Assembly (NCBI GenBank): GCA_041659765.1
Contig: JBAZXR010000001.1
Coordinates: 595,338 to 659,337, forward strand
Source of the DNA: Patescibacteria group bacterium
Lineage (GTDB): Bacteria; Patescibacteriota; Patescibacteriia; UBA9934
DNA: 64,000 nt
Direction: 5' to 3'
Part shown: piece after piece, positions 18,316 to 27,805 of the stretch
How the letters are laid out: each line of letters opens with the position of its first letter
Numbering within the stretch: the first letter of the stretch is position 1
Program-made: the position numbers and the translations under genes
The notes under the pieces: model-generated
Databases searched by the model: none
What the model saw: only the letters and a program-made list of their open reading frames with translations
Told to the model about the DNA's origin: nothing

Positions 18316-20044
18316 CCTCGTCAGCGATACGTGAGAGAAGATCCGCTTGCGTAATAGTGAGCGGATTTTCTGTTCCAAAGACTTTTACCTGCAGGTCTCC
18401 CCCGTTGGCTTCTTTTTCGCCAATAACTATAGTCCACGGGACTTTGGACATAGCTGCTTCGCGGATTTTTTTGCCGAGTTTTTCAGAAGAATCGTCGAGC
18501 GACACGCGGACACCGGCTTCGACAAGTTTCTGCTTCAACTCAGCGGCGAACGGCACAAATGAGTCAGCCACCGTGGCCAAACGAACCTGTTCAGGCGCGA
18601 GCCAGAATGGGAAGGCGCCGGCGTAGTGCTCAATCATGATGCCGATGAAGCGTTCAACGGAACCAAGGATGGCGCGGTGAATCATGACCGGGCGCTTTTT
18701 TGTATTGTCGGCGTCTGTGTACTCGAGCTCAAAGCGTTCGGGCAGGTTGAAATCGAGCTGGATAGTGGCCAACTGCCATTCACGGCCAATAGCATCTGTA
18801 GCGATGAAGTCGATCTTCGGACCGTAGAAGGCAGCTTCGCCAATTCCCCACTCAAAAGCCTCGCCTACTTCCGCGCGGAGGATGCCTTCAAGGGTGCTAA
18901 TCGCGTTCTGCCAGACTTCTTTGCCACCCAAGTACTTCTCAGGCTCTTTCTCGTCCCAGATCGATAGACGAGGGCGGATGGACATGCCAAAAGCCTTATA
19001 AAACTTCTTCACGATCTCATAAATGTTCTTCGCCTCCACTTCAACCTGATCCATGCGACAGAACACGTGGGCGTCGTCCTGAGTAATCGAGCGAACCCTC
19101 GACAATCCTTGGAGCTGGCCGGTGTTCTCGTCGCGATAAACCGTTGTGACCTCAGAGAAACGCAAAGGCAAGTCGCGATAGCTACGAGGACGAGAAGCGA
19201 AAATCTGCGTGTGGTGCGGACAGTTCATCGGCTTCAGCACGAAAGTTTCGTCCGTCTTCTTGCTCGACACGTGGAAGATGTCGTCGGCAAATTTATCCCA
19301 GTGGCCAGAAGTCTTATAAAGATCTGCCTTGGCCATATGTGGAATGTTCACTTTCTGATAGCCGTACGGCTTCATGAGCGCCCAAACAAAGTTTGTCAGC
19401 CCTTCGCGCAACAGAGTTCCCCGAGGAGTAAAGAGAGGGAGACCGGGACCAACGAGTGACGAGAAGGCGAAGAGATCAAGCTCTACGCCGAGCTTGCGGT
19501 GGTCACGCTTCTTAGCCTCTTCCTGCATCTTCTCGTAGGCTTCAAGCTCAACGGCAGTGCCAAAGGCCAAACCGTAAATACGCGTCAGCTGCGCGTTCTT
19601 CTCGTCTCCGCGCCAGTAGGCACCGGCGAGCTTAGTCAGCTTGAAAGAGTTAACGTCCACGCGCGACAAATCCTCGTCATGTCCGCCGCGACAGAGGTCA
19701 ACATACGTTCCCGAGGTGTAGAGCGACAATGTCTGGCCTTCAGTGGCGAACTCCCGGATAAGCTCAAGTTTAAACTGGTTGTCGGCGAACAATTTCTCGG
19801 CTTCTGCCTTTGTGATCTCGGAGCGGTCAAACGAGGTGAACATGGAGATCATCTTGCGCATCTGTTTCTGGATCTTTGGGAGATCATCCTCCGAAATAGG
19901 AGTTGAAAACTGGAAGTCGTAATAGAAACCGTCGTCGATCGCTGGTCCGATCGTGCGTTTGGCATCTGGATAGAGTTCGAGAACTGCCGCGGCTAGTAAG
20001 TGAGCAAGTGAGTGTCGGCGGTGTTCGAGTTCTTGTGGAGACAT
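18299..20044 (-). CDS. thrS: threonyl-tRNA synthetase (no N-terminal TGS domain)
   Basis: HRRHSLAHLLAAAV (editing-domain motif), class II motifs (FRDE...LSRVRSITQDDAHVFC) and a C-terminal anticodon-binding domain. At 581 aa it begins within the editing domain. Confidence 0.9.
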   Translation of the reverse strand: MSPQELEHRRHSLAHLLAAAVLELYPDAKRTIGPAIDDGFYYDFQFSTPISEDDLPKIQKQMRKMISMFTSFDRSEITKAEAEKLFADNQFKLELIREFATEGQTLSLYTSGTYVDLCRGGHDEDLSRVDVNSFKLTKLAGAYWRGDEKNAQLTRIYGLAFGTAVELEAYEKMQEEAKKRDHRKLGVELDLFAFSSLVGPGLPLFTPRGTLLREGLTNFVWALMKPYGYQKVNIPHMAKADLYKTSGHWDKFADDIFHVSSKKTDETFVLKPMNCPHHTQIFASRPRSYRDLPLRFSEVTTVYRDENTGQLQGLSRVRSITQDDAHVFCRMDQVEVEAKNIYEIVKKFYKAFGMSIRPRLSIWDEKEPEKYLGGKEVWQNAISTLEGILRAEVGEAFEWGIGEAAFYGPKIDFIATDAIGREWQLATIQLDFNLPERFELEYTDADNTKKRPVMIHRAILGSVERFIGIMIEHYAGAFPFWLAPEQVRLATVADSFVPFAAELKQKLVEAGVRVSLDDSSEKLGKKIREAAMSKVPWTIVIGEKEANGGDLQVKVFGTENPLTITQADLLSRIADEARLPV

Positions 20045-20260
20045 ATATAGAGATTAAAAAACGGCCCAAACCTTCAAATAAAGGCCTAAGCCGGGACCAG
20101 GATTTCTCCCGGTGGTTCCACCCGTATTCCCTTTACAGGGCACTTTTCTGAATTGTCTTTTCGCTCGCGGATTCGTGGTCCGGTCAGTGCGAATAGAGAC
20201 ATGATAAACCTCCTAGGAATGATGTCAAATGTGGACAAGGCGGTCATTTTATGATAACCT
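20045..20260 (-). promoter_or_regulatory. putative T-box leader (tRNA-sensing riboswitch) of thrS
   Basis: On the minus strand, about 65 nt upstream of the thrS ATG, lies GAAUACGGGUGGAACCACCGGGAG. This compares with the T-box consensus AAUUAGGGUGGNACCGCGG; the GGGUGGNACC core is exact. Its 3' half is included in a downstream hairpin, CCGGGA-GAAAUCCUGG-UCCCGG, followed by U-rich sequence, giving an antiterminator/terminator-like arrangement. The Stem I specifier was not resolved. Confidence 0.4.
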
Positions 20261-20359
20261 TTCTGGTCACGACGAGACGCATTCCGCAACTCGTTTCGAC
20301 ACCTCCTAGCAATAGCTCGGAGTTCACGGGTCTGCCGCCCATTCACCAAGAGGTGCAAA

Positions 20360-20791
20360 ATGGCAGCGTTCACCATCCCGTCAGTCCTGATCGAGACCAC
20401 CCGTCAGCTGAACCAGCTACTCGGAATCAACCTCGGAGTTCCCCTCAGTGGAATGTTACCGAAAGAATGCAGCGAAGACATCGGAGTGGCTATCGAGCTC
20501 TACTTCCCCAACTGCTCCGACGACTCATTCCGGCGGGTCAAAATCGAAGCCGGCATCCACACGGGAGTCTCTGACGATGTACGGAAGACTGGTCTCTCCC
20601 GTTGGGTTGCACTCGAGCACGTATCCTTCCGAGGCTGGCTGCTGCCCGGCCGCAAGCTCGGACGAGATCTTCTTCAGAGGCTCGAGCGCATTGAGGTCGA
20701 GGTCACGGGGAAGGATTCTCCCCAACTCGGTTGTTCGTTCGCGCTCAATCTCCACCAAATGGACCTACTGAAGTGGGTAGACGTCGCCTAG
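20360..20791 (+). CDS. hypothetical protein (143 aa)
   Basis: AAGAGGTG RBS 6 nt before the ATG. The ORF ends just before a bidirectional terminator. Confidence 0.4.
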   Translation: MAAFTIPSVLIETTRQLNQLLGINLGVPLSGMLPKECSEDIGVAIELYFPNCSDDSFRRVKIEAGIHTGVSDDVRKTGLSRWVALEHVSFRGWLLPGRKLGRDLLQRLERIEVEVTGKDSPQLGCSFALNLHQMDLLKWVDVA

Positions 20792-20805
20792 CCAACACCG
20801 CCAAC

Positions 20806-20849
20806 GAAAAACCGACCCCGCAGGGTCAGTCTCTCGGGGCGGTTTTTTT
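20806..20849. terminator. bidirectional rho-independent terminator
   Basis: GAAAAACCGACCCCG...CGGGGCGGTTTTTTT: an imperfect GC stem with an A-tract on one side and a T-tract on the other. It lies just downstream of the minus-strand gene ending at 20852. Confidence 0.6.
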
Positions 20850-20851
20850 AA

Positions 20852-22117
20852 TTACTTAGGATCTACTATTTCAATCTTAATATGATCCTTAAGCGTTGGC
20901 ACGCGCTTCAGCCAGAATGGGGTGAAGGAAACCGTGACCTCCCGTACGCCGTCGTTGGAGCGGAGAAGCGTGAGGACTTCATTTGGCGAACGGCCGACGA
21001 AGCGGTCCTTACTCAAAGCGGAAGATTCGAGCGAGAGACGAGCAGTGCCGTCCAAGTAAATCGAGATTCTGGCCTCGCCGGTTTTTGCGTCAGCTGCTTC
21101 AACCTTCACTTGCATACCGTCCACGTTAACCTTAGTCGCCTCGTAACCTTCTGAAATACGCTTCTGGAACAAGTTCTGCGCGTAGGTCTTAACGAGGTCA
21201 CCCTGATAGTAAACGCCGGTTACATCGAGTGACAGCGTCAAAGTAAACGATCCAGTCTGCGTACCAACAGGGACATCCGTTTTCTGATCAACCACGCTCG
21301 ACTTCAAAGAGATGCCATTGAGCGCTAGGTCAAGACCCTGTGCGAACTCTGCCTCGGCCTGCTTCAGCAAGTCGTCCGATAGAGCGGCGACAGCATCCGT
21401 AATATCCTTTTCAGTCAGTGAGCGAACATAGACTACGCCGCCGACCATGGGATTCGAGCTCGCACCCGTGATCAGCTTCTGGGCGTTAGCGTTCAAGCCA
21501 GGAACTGTAAACTTAGCTGGATCAATCTCCCCGCCCTTGCCGGGCAGATCAGCATGAACTATGGCCTCAACTTTACCATTAGCTGGCACATTAACGGCCT
21601 TATCGATCCTGAAAAGTACGCCCGTATCAGAGAGTAAACGCGTGGTAGCTACCAGTGCCTGCGCAGAAGTACCAGCGTTCGTGATAGTCACCGTGCCGCC
21701 AGCCTTAGCTTCAACGGCCTGGGAGCCTTCGCTTGGCAAAGTAAAGGTCTTTGAGCTAGTAAAAGTCTTCTCTTTCACGGCACCAGCGATCTGACCGTCC
21801 GCGGTTGGATTAGCCACTACATCAGCCACCGCATTCACAGTGATAAGTTTTGGATTGGCGACGATCTTGATCGTAGCGCGGGAGACCGACAAATAAAGTA
21901 CGGCCAAAAGCAAGGCAAAGGTCAGGGCCACGAAAACCACCGCAATTCTCTGATAGAGACGAAGTGACCGGGAGAGCGGTTTTTTTCCGGCACTGACAAA
22001 CTTGGCCCCACCATATCTGGTGGATGGTGGCGGTGGCGGAGCTGGCGGACGTTTCAAAGAAGAGGCAGACATAGATAGTGCAATTATAGCACTAGTATTT
22101 GACGTTTTCTTCCCCAA
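20852..22117 (-). CDS. hypothetical signal-anchored (type II membrane) protein co-transcribed with dnaE
   Basis: 421 aa with an N-terminal PPAPPPPP segment, then a TM helix (IAVVFVALTFALLLAVLYL), then a large extracytoplasmic domain. Overlaps the dnaE stop by 26 nt. Confidence 0.6.
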   Translation of the reverse strand: MGKKTSNTSAIIALSMSASSLKRPPAPPPPPSTRYGGAKFVSAGKKPLSRSLRLYQRIAVVFVALTFALLLAVLYLSVSRATIKIVANPKLITVNAVADVVANPTADGQIAGAVKEKTFTSSKTFTLPSEGSQAVEAKAGGTVTITNAGTSAQALVATTRLLSDTGVLFRIDKAVNVPANGKVEAIVHADLPGKGGEIDPAKFTVPGLNANAQKLITGASSNPMVGGVVYVRSLTEKDITDAVAALSDDLLKQAEAEFAQGLDLALNGISLKSSVVDQKTDVPVGTQTGSFTLTLSLDVTGVYYQGDLVKTYAQNLFQKRISEGYEATKVNVDGMQVKVEAADAKTGEARISIYLDGTARLSLESSALSKDRFVGRSPNEVLTLLRSNDGVREVTVSFTPFWLKRVPTLKDHIKIEIVDPK

Positions 22118-25100
22118 CTATTTCACCGACTTTGCGGGCGACCTCTCGAGTGGCAGCGACACAGTATTCTGTCGCGATTTTCTTGGGCTCGCCAGCGCTC
22201 ATGACCTCGAGATGTACACGAACCGTGCCAGGTGAAGCTCGGAAGATGTCGCGTAGCTTCATGATCATTTCATTGGATGGTCGATCCGGCACCTTGATGG
22301 TGAAGGTTGTAGGTTGCTGGGTGTTGGTCGTCGGGGAGAATTCAACCTTCTTTGGTGCGACACGCTCCGCATCAAATCCGCCCTGGCCAAGCATGCCGGC
22401 GATTTCGGGAATTTCAGCCTCGGTAAAGGAGATGACGCCGTCGACGAGGATCGAATGCTCTTCGATCTCTGAATCTTCGCGCTTGCGGACAGATACTTTG
22501 CCGGTGATGACCACGAAGGCGTCAGGATTCAGCTTTTCGCGAACAACAACGTAAGTCTTTGGGAAAACCACGCACTCCACTCCCCCACTTGGGTCTTCGA
22601 TTCGCACAAAGGCCATGGGTTCGTTCTTCGCTTTAGTGTAGATCTGCTTCACCGCAGCAATAACACCACAAACTTTCACCATGGTCTTGTCCGTAAGCTC
22701 GTTGATCTTTTTAGTCGGCACGACGAACCGCGAGAATTGGTCGAAGAATAGTCCAGCCGGGTGACTCGACACATACAAACCGAGCAATTCTTTTTCCCAG
22801 GCCAGCATGGCGCTCTTAGGAATCGGATCAGCTGGGCGAAGAATGAGTTTCTTCGAGTTCATCTCCGGCGTCAGCTCGAACAATGACGACTGGTTCCGTT
22901 CGCGCTCTTCGTTCACCTGCTTGTTGTACATGACGAGGCTGTCGAGGTTGGTCACGAGCGTGATTCGGTCGCCGAACTTATCGAACGCGCCGGTCTTAAG
23001 CAAAGCCTCGAGCGTTTTCTTGTTAAACGCACGTGAATTGACTCGAGCCAAGAAGTCCGGAAGATCAAGAAACGGTCCGCCCTTCTTACGCTCCTTCACA
23101 ATCAGTTCAGCAACCTCCGTGCCCACGTTCTTAATAGCCATGAGTCCCCAGCGAATGTTCGTAGTCCCCTTCACCACCGCAAAACCCGCGAATGATTCGT
23201 TCACGTCCGGCGGCAACACCTTCATGCCCATGCGGGTACACTCGTCCACCTCAATGGTGATGCGGTCGATATTCCCCGCGTCCGAGTTCATGAGCGCCGC
23301 CATGAAGCAGGCCGGGTAATACGCCTTCAGGTACGCGGTGCGATACGCAATCATGGCATAACAGGCCGCGTGCGATTTGTTAAACCCGTAAGCGGCAAAG
23401 TCCTCCAGCTTTTGGAAAATCTTCACAGCTACCTGCTCCTTAACGCCATTCTTCATGGCGCCTTCTACAAATTTCACTTTCATCTTGGCCATGAGTTCAG
23501 CAATCTTCTTGCCCATGGCTTTACGCAAACTGTCAGCTTCTCCCCCAGTGAAACCAGCGAGGTCCTTCGACACCTGCATAACCTGCTCCTGGTAAACAGG
23601 AATACCGTACGTTTCCTTAAACGCGTTTTCCATTAAAGGATGCTCGTAGATAACCTTTTCGAGTCCGTGCTTTCGACGAATGTAGCTTTCAATAAACTGC
23701 ATCGGTCCCGGGCGGTACAGGGACACCATAGCGATGATGTCCTCGAAGGCACTCGGCTGAAGTTCCTTGATGTAACGCTTCATGCCGTCGGATTCCAACT
23801 GAAAGACGCCAGTAGTTTCAGCGCGACCAAGAAGAGCAAAAACTTTCGGATCTTTTAAGTTGATGGTGTCAATATCAATCACGTCGCCGGTGACAGCTTT
23901 AATGATCGCCATCGCGTCCTCAATCACCGTTAAGTTCGACAACCCAAGGAAGTCCATCTTCACCAGGCCCGCTGCTTCAGACGAGTTCAACGAATACTGC
24001 GTGATGAGGGCCATGTCTTCGTGCTGACCAGCCTGCAGCGGCGCTCGCTCGACGAGCGGACGATCGCCGATCACAATTCCGCAGGCGTGCTGAGACGCAT
24101 GACGAGGGTTACCTTCAAGTTTCATGGCGAGATCAATCACCCGGCGGGCCATGGGATTGCCCTCATACATCATCTTCATGTCCGGCGCCTCGACAATGGC
24201 CACCTTGAGCGGTGTATGTTTGCCCTGCACGGGCGGCGGAACGACTTTCGCGATTTGATCTCCTTCCTGGAACGAAAGGCCAAGAACACGCGACGCATCG
24301 CGAATGGCAGCGCGCGGCATAAGTGTTCCGAAAGTAATAATGCCAGCCACGTGGTCAGCGCCATACTTGGCCGTCACATACTCAAGCACCTTGCCGCGAC
24401 CAGTATCAGCAAAGTCCGTATCAATATCTGGCAAACTAATACGATCAGGGTTCAAGAAACGCTCGAAGAGCAGGCCGTAGGCAAGTGGGTCGATGTCCGT
24501 AATCTTCAGCGCGTAAGCGATGATGGAACCAGCGGCCGAGCCACGACCAGGACCCACGAGCACGCCGTGATCTTTAGCCCACACAATGTAATCTTGCACG
24601 ATTAAGAAGTATGACGGGAAGCCCATCTTCACGATAGTCGAGTACTCAAACTCGAACCGCTCCATCACGGCCGGCGAGATCGGGTTGCCATAGCGAAACT
24701 CGAGGCCCTTCAGACACAGCTCGCGCAACTCTTCCGCGTCTGTTTTGCCTGGTGGCAAAGGATAATTTGGCAAAAAGTTCTTGCCGAGTTCCATCTGGAA
24801 GTTGATTCTGTCCGCAATCTTTCGAGTATTCTCGAACGCTTCTGGAGTGTCAGCGAACGCGTGCATGATCTCGGCCGGCTCGCCAAAAGAGAGATCAACC
24901 TCGTCCGTGCTGGTCCGTCTGTACTCCTCGAGCGTTCGGCCGCGCTGAATACAAAGCTGAGCTTCGTAACCTTCGCGATCTTCCGTGTCCAAATAGAAGG
25001 TATTTCGAGTGGCAACGAGTGGCGCGCCAGTCTCGATGGAGAGCTTTCGAAACGCCTCATTCACTTCAACCTGTCTTGGCATGTCCGGATGATGAATCAT

Positions 25101-25628
25101 CTCCAAGAAAAAGTTTTCTTTACCAAAAATATCCTGATACTCAGCAATCAATGTTTTAGCTTTTTCGAGATCTCCATTACTCGCCGCATTAGGAATCTCG
25201 CCGGCGACCGCGCCAGAGAGTGCGATAAGTCCCTTCGAGTGCGCTCGCAGATATTCTTTATCGACACGCGGCTTGTAGTAGAAACCTTCAAGGAACCCCG
25301 CCGTCACGATCTTACAAATATTTCTGTAGCCTTCTTCGTTCTCAATTAAAAGAACAAGCCGGTACGGTCGATCATCTAGCCGAGCCCGTCGATCAGTCAT
25401 GCGGTGTTGCGCGATATACATGTCGACCCCAAGGATCGGCTTCATCTCCGCATCCTTACACGCCTTGAAAAACTCGACCGCCCCGTAAAGGTTCGCATTA
25501 TCCGTCAGCGCCACGGCCGTCATGCCGAGTTCTTTAGCACGCTTAACCACCGCTTTTGGCTTTGGCAGCGCCTCAAGCAGTGAATAGTGCGAATGATTGT
25601 GGAGATAGACGAAGTCCTTCGATTCCAT
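22092..25628 (-). CDS. dnaE: DNA polymerase III alpha subunit
   Basis: PHP domain (VYLHNHSHYSLLEALPKPK...ALTDNANLYGAVEFF), polymerase core and a C-terminal OB fold. Start chosen at MESKDF (25628), not the upstream extension of the ORF track. Confidence 0.95.
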   Translation of the reverse strand: MESKDFVYLHNHSHYSLLEALPKPKAVVKRAKELGMTAVALTDNANLYGAVEFFKACKDAEMKPILGVDMYIAQHRMTDRRARLDDRPYRLVLLIENEEGYRNICKIVTAGFLEGFYYKPRVDKEYLRAHSKGLIALSGAVAGEIPNAASNGDLEKAKTLIAEYQDIFGKENFFLEMIHHPDMPRQVEVNEAFRKLSIETGAPLVATRNTFYLDTEDREGYEAQLCIQRGRTLEEYRRTSTDEVDLSFGEPAEIMHAFADTPEAFENTRKIADRINFQMELGKNFLPNYPLPPGKTDAEELRELCLKGLEFRYGNPISPAVMERFEFEYSTIVKMGFPSYFLIVQDYIVWAKDHGVLVGPGRGSAAGSIIAYALKITDIDPLAYGLLFERFLNPDRISLPDIDTDFADTGRGKVLEYVTAKYGADHVAGIITFGTLMPRAAIRDASRVLGLSFQEGDQIAKVVPPPVQGKHTPLKVAIVEAPDMKMMYEGNPMARRVIDLAMKLEGNPRHASQHACGIVIGDRPLVERAPLQAGQHEDMALITQYSLNSSEAAGLVKMDFLGLSNLTVIEDAMAIIKAVTGDVIDIDTINLKDPKVFALLGRAETTGVFQLESDGMKRYIKELQPSAFEDIIAMVSLYRPGPMQFIESYIRRKHGLEKVIYEHPLMENAFKETYGIPVYQEQVMQVSKDLAGFTGGEADSLRKAMGKKIAELMAKMKVKFVEGAMKNGVKEQVAVKIFQKLEDFAAYGFNKSHAACYAMIAYRTAYLKAYYPACFMAALMNSDAGNIDRITIEVDECTRMGMKVLPPDVNESFAGFAVVKGTTNIRWGLMAIKNVGTEVAELIVKERKKGGPFLDLPDFLARVNSRAFNKKTLEALLKTGAFDKFGDRITLVTNLDSLVMYNKQVNEERERNQSSLFELTPEMNSKKLILRPADPIPKSAMLAWEKELLGLYVSSHPAGLFFDQFSRFVVPTKKINELTDKTMVKVCGVIAAVKQIYTKAKNEPMAFVRIEDPSGGVECVVFPKTYVVVREKLNPDAFVVITGKVSVRKREDSEIEEHSILVDGVISFTEAEIPEIAGMLGQGGFDAERVAPKKVEFSPTTNTQQPTTFTIKVPDRPSNEMIMKLRDIFRASPGTVRVHLEVMSAGEPKKIATEYCVAATREVARKVGEIVGEENVKY

Positions 25629-25763
25629 GTGGCTGAATGGTAGAAGGTAGAGGGTAGAAGGGCAATGCGTAAATCCCCAATACATTCAATGCTTCCCCAG
25701 GTTATCCACAGGAGTTTGACCTGGCATAAGCAGAGTTCCACTACTATGCCGCCGGGAGGAATC

Positions 25764-26393
25764 ATGATTGGACTCAAAAACCTTGCTAATGATGGAAAAC
25801 GCCGCCCGGAAATCCTGGTGGATATGGACGATGTACTCGTAGATTGGCGAGGTGAAGCCCTCCGCCAAGCGACCGATCACCCAGAGTTGAGGAGACTCCT
25901 CGACGCGGAAGCCTGGACGCATCACGATCTGTTTACAAGCGTACGGGACGTCTGCGGAGCCCACCTGAATGCGGAACTCTACCGCGTTATTGAGCAACCG
26001 CACTTCCACCGCGATCTCCCGTGGATCCCCGGAGGGAAAGAGGCGCTGGCAGACATGGAAGAGCTGGGCTACGAGGTGCGGATTGTCACCTGGCCATGGG
26101 CCGGTCATCAAACTTGCGCCTCGGAAAAGCTGGAAAGCGTCCGGCGCCATCTGGGACGCGCCTGGGAGTCCCGTGTCATCATCACAAGCGAGAAAGCGGC
26201 CGTACTCGGCCAAGTGCTGATTGATGACAAGCCGCACGCTGGCACGCTGGACGGCTACCCGCCGCCTTGGGTCCATGTGCTCTTTGAAGATTCACCCGTG
26301 TGTGTGAAAAAGTTTGCTACGCACCCGCCGGAATATCGCCTCCCCAACTGGTCAAAGTGGCGAGAGGTCATTCAACCGCTGGTTTCGCGGTAA
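25764..26393 (+). CDS. 5'(3')-deoxyribonucleotidase-like HAD hydrolase (NT5C family)
   Basis: ILVDMDDVLVDW is the DxDx(T/V) HAD motif characteristic of NT5C-type deoxyribonucleotidases. Start chosen at MIGLKN (25764); the ORF track starts at 25665. Confidence 0.6.
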   Translation: MIGLKNLANDGKRRPEILVDMDDVLVDWRGEALRQATDHPELRRLLDAEAWTHHDLFTSVRDVCGAHLNAELYRVIEQPHFHRDLPWIPGGKEALADMEELGYEVRIVTWPWAGHQTCASEKLESVRRHLGRAWESRVIITSEKAAVLGQVLIDDKPHAGTLDGYPPPWVHVLFEDSPVCVKKFATHPPEYRLPNWSKWREVIQPLVSR

Positions 26394-26401
26394 GCCCCAT
26401 C

Positions 26402-26436
26402 GCCGTCCGTCACTACGGACGGCTTTTCTTTTTTTG
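26402..26436 (+). terminator. rho-independent terminator after the nucleotidase gene
   Basis: GCCGTCCGT-CACTA-CGGACGGC followed by TTTTCTTTTTTTG. Confidence 0.75.
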
Positions 26437-26469
26437 GGACATCAATTACAATACGGTTGTTCCAAAATT

Positions 26470-26597
26470 GAATACGTATCAAGAGTCCGTCGAGGGTCCT
26501 GGCCCAATGACACGGCAGCAGCCTACGCAAGTAAGGTGCTAACTCCAGCCCTAACGGGAAAGATAATTATTATCCGACGCCGTCATGGCGTTTTTTT
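26470..26597 (+). promoter_or_regulatory. SAM-I (S-box) riboswitch with terminator, upstream of metK
   Basis: UAUCAAGAG...CGAGGGUCCUGGCCCAAUGACACGGCAGC...GGUGCUAACUCCAGC...GGGAAAGAUAA carries the conserved SAM-I blocks. It is followed by the expression-platform hairpin ACGCC-GUCAU-GGCGU plus U7, which abuts the metK ATG. Confidence 0.85.
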
Positions 26598-27557
26598 ATG
26601 CTCACTCCCCTAATCTATACCGTCGAATCCGTCACAGTTGGTCATCCGGACAAAGTCTGCGATCAGATTTCCGATGCAATTCTCGACGCGTGTGTAAAGC
26701 AAGACCCAAATAGTCGTGTCGCGATTGAAACATTCGGCAGTCATGGACTCTTAGTTCTTGGCGGTGAGATTACGACGAAGGCGAAGGTCGATTATTCAGC
26801 GATCGCGCTCAAGGTCTACAGAGATATTGGTTACACGGATGATCTCAAAGTCCTCGTCCATATCACCGAGCAGTCCCCGGACATCGCCCAAGGCGTAGAC
26901 ACCGGCGGCGCAGGTGACCAAGGAATTATGTACGGCTTTGCCACGGACGAAACGCCAGAGTTCCTCCCCCGCGGCCTGGTGTACGTTCGACAATTAACCG
27001 ACAAACTGACGGAACTCAGAAAATCCGGCGAGGTTGCTTGGTTGAAACCCGACGGTAAGGCGCAGATTACGATGCAAAACGGCAAAGCGACGGTCGTTTT
27101 AATCAGCACACAGCATGACGAAGCCGTCTCTCAGGATGAGATCAGAAAAACCCTCATCGAAAAAGTCATCTACGCCGTCATCCCCGAAGAATATCGCGCA
27201 CTAGGAATGGAAATCCTCACAAACCCCACGGGCAAGTTTGTCATTGGCGGATTTGCTGCAGACACCGGACTCACTGGTCGAAAGTTGGCCGTCGACTCCT
27301 ATGGCGGAATCGTCGCCCACGGCGGTGGTGCTACAGCCGGCAAAGACATGACCAAGGTCGACAGATCAGCCGCCCGCAAAGCCCGCGAAGTCGCCCTCGA
27401 CATTGTTAAATCTGGAAAGGCGCACGAGTGTTTGATTTCCGTGGCCTACGCAATTGGCAAAGCCGAACCCGTCATGCTTTGGGCACAAAACGAAAACCAA
27501 GAAGACATCACCCCATTACTCGCCGGAATTAGTTTCTTGCCGAAGGATCTCCGCTAG
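26598..27557 (+). CDS. metK: S-adenosylmethionine synthetase (short form, 319 aa)
   Basis: ESVTVGHPDKVCDQISDAILDA, GAGDQGIMYGFATDETPEFLP and GGGATAGKD motifs. About 60 aa shorter at the C-terminus than typical bacterial MetK. Confidence 0.9.
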   Translation: MLTPLIYTVESVTVGHPDKVCDQISDAILDACVKQDPNSRVAIETFGSHGLLVLGGEITTKAKVDYSAIALKVYRDIGYTDDLKVLVHITEQSPDIAQGVDTGGAGDQGIMYGFATDETPEFLPRGLVYVRQLTDKLTELRKSGEVAWLKPDGKAQITMQNGKATVVLISTQHDEAVSQDEIRKTLIEKVIYAVIPEEYRALGMEILTNPTGKFVIGGFAADTGLTGRKLAVDSYGGIVAHGGGATAGKDMTKVDRSAARKAREVALDIVKSGKAHECLISVAYAIGKAEPVMLWAQNENQEDITPLLAGISFLPKDLR

Positions 27558-27805
27558 TCCTCTCTCGTGAATCTCCGCACCGACTCCCCTTTCAACTCAA
27601 CCATCTCTCCCCATTCTCGCAATGGTCGCGTAAAAAATGGCGCGTCGGGGTTTTCGTACAGAGGTTCGTACACCACCATCCACTCGGCGTCATTCGAGTG
27701 CTCGGCGAGCAAGATAATCCGATACAGGTCGCCTTTGTAATGGCGATACGTCTCCCCCGCCTTGGGGGCGTCGGGTGGGAGGGGTGGGACGGGGTCTCCT
27801 CTCAT
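27554..27805 (-). CDS. DUF1653 family protein
   Basis: YRHYKGDLYRIILLAEHSNDAEWMVVYEPLY....FTRPLREW is the DUF1653 signature. Its ATG overlaps the TGA of the upstream ORF (ATGA coupling). Confidence 0.75.
   Translation of the reverse strand: MRGDPVPPLPPDAPKAGETYRHYKGDLYRIILLAEHSNDAEWMVVYEPLYENPDAPFFTRPLREWGEMVELKGESVRRFTRED

Noticed and set aside
20045-20850. RNase P RNA or another structured ncRNA filling the ~800-nt low-coding gap after thrS
   Set aside because: No P4 motifs (GGAAAGUCC / AGAAC...CCGGCUUA-like) were found. The 3' two-thirds is explained by an RBS-preceded 143-aa ORF and the 5' part by a thrS leader (T-box-like).
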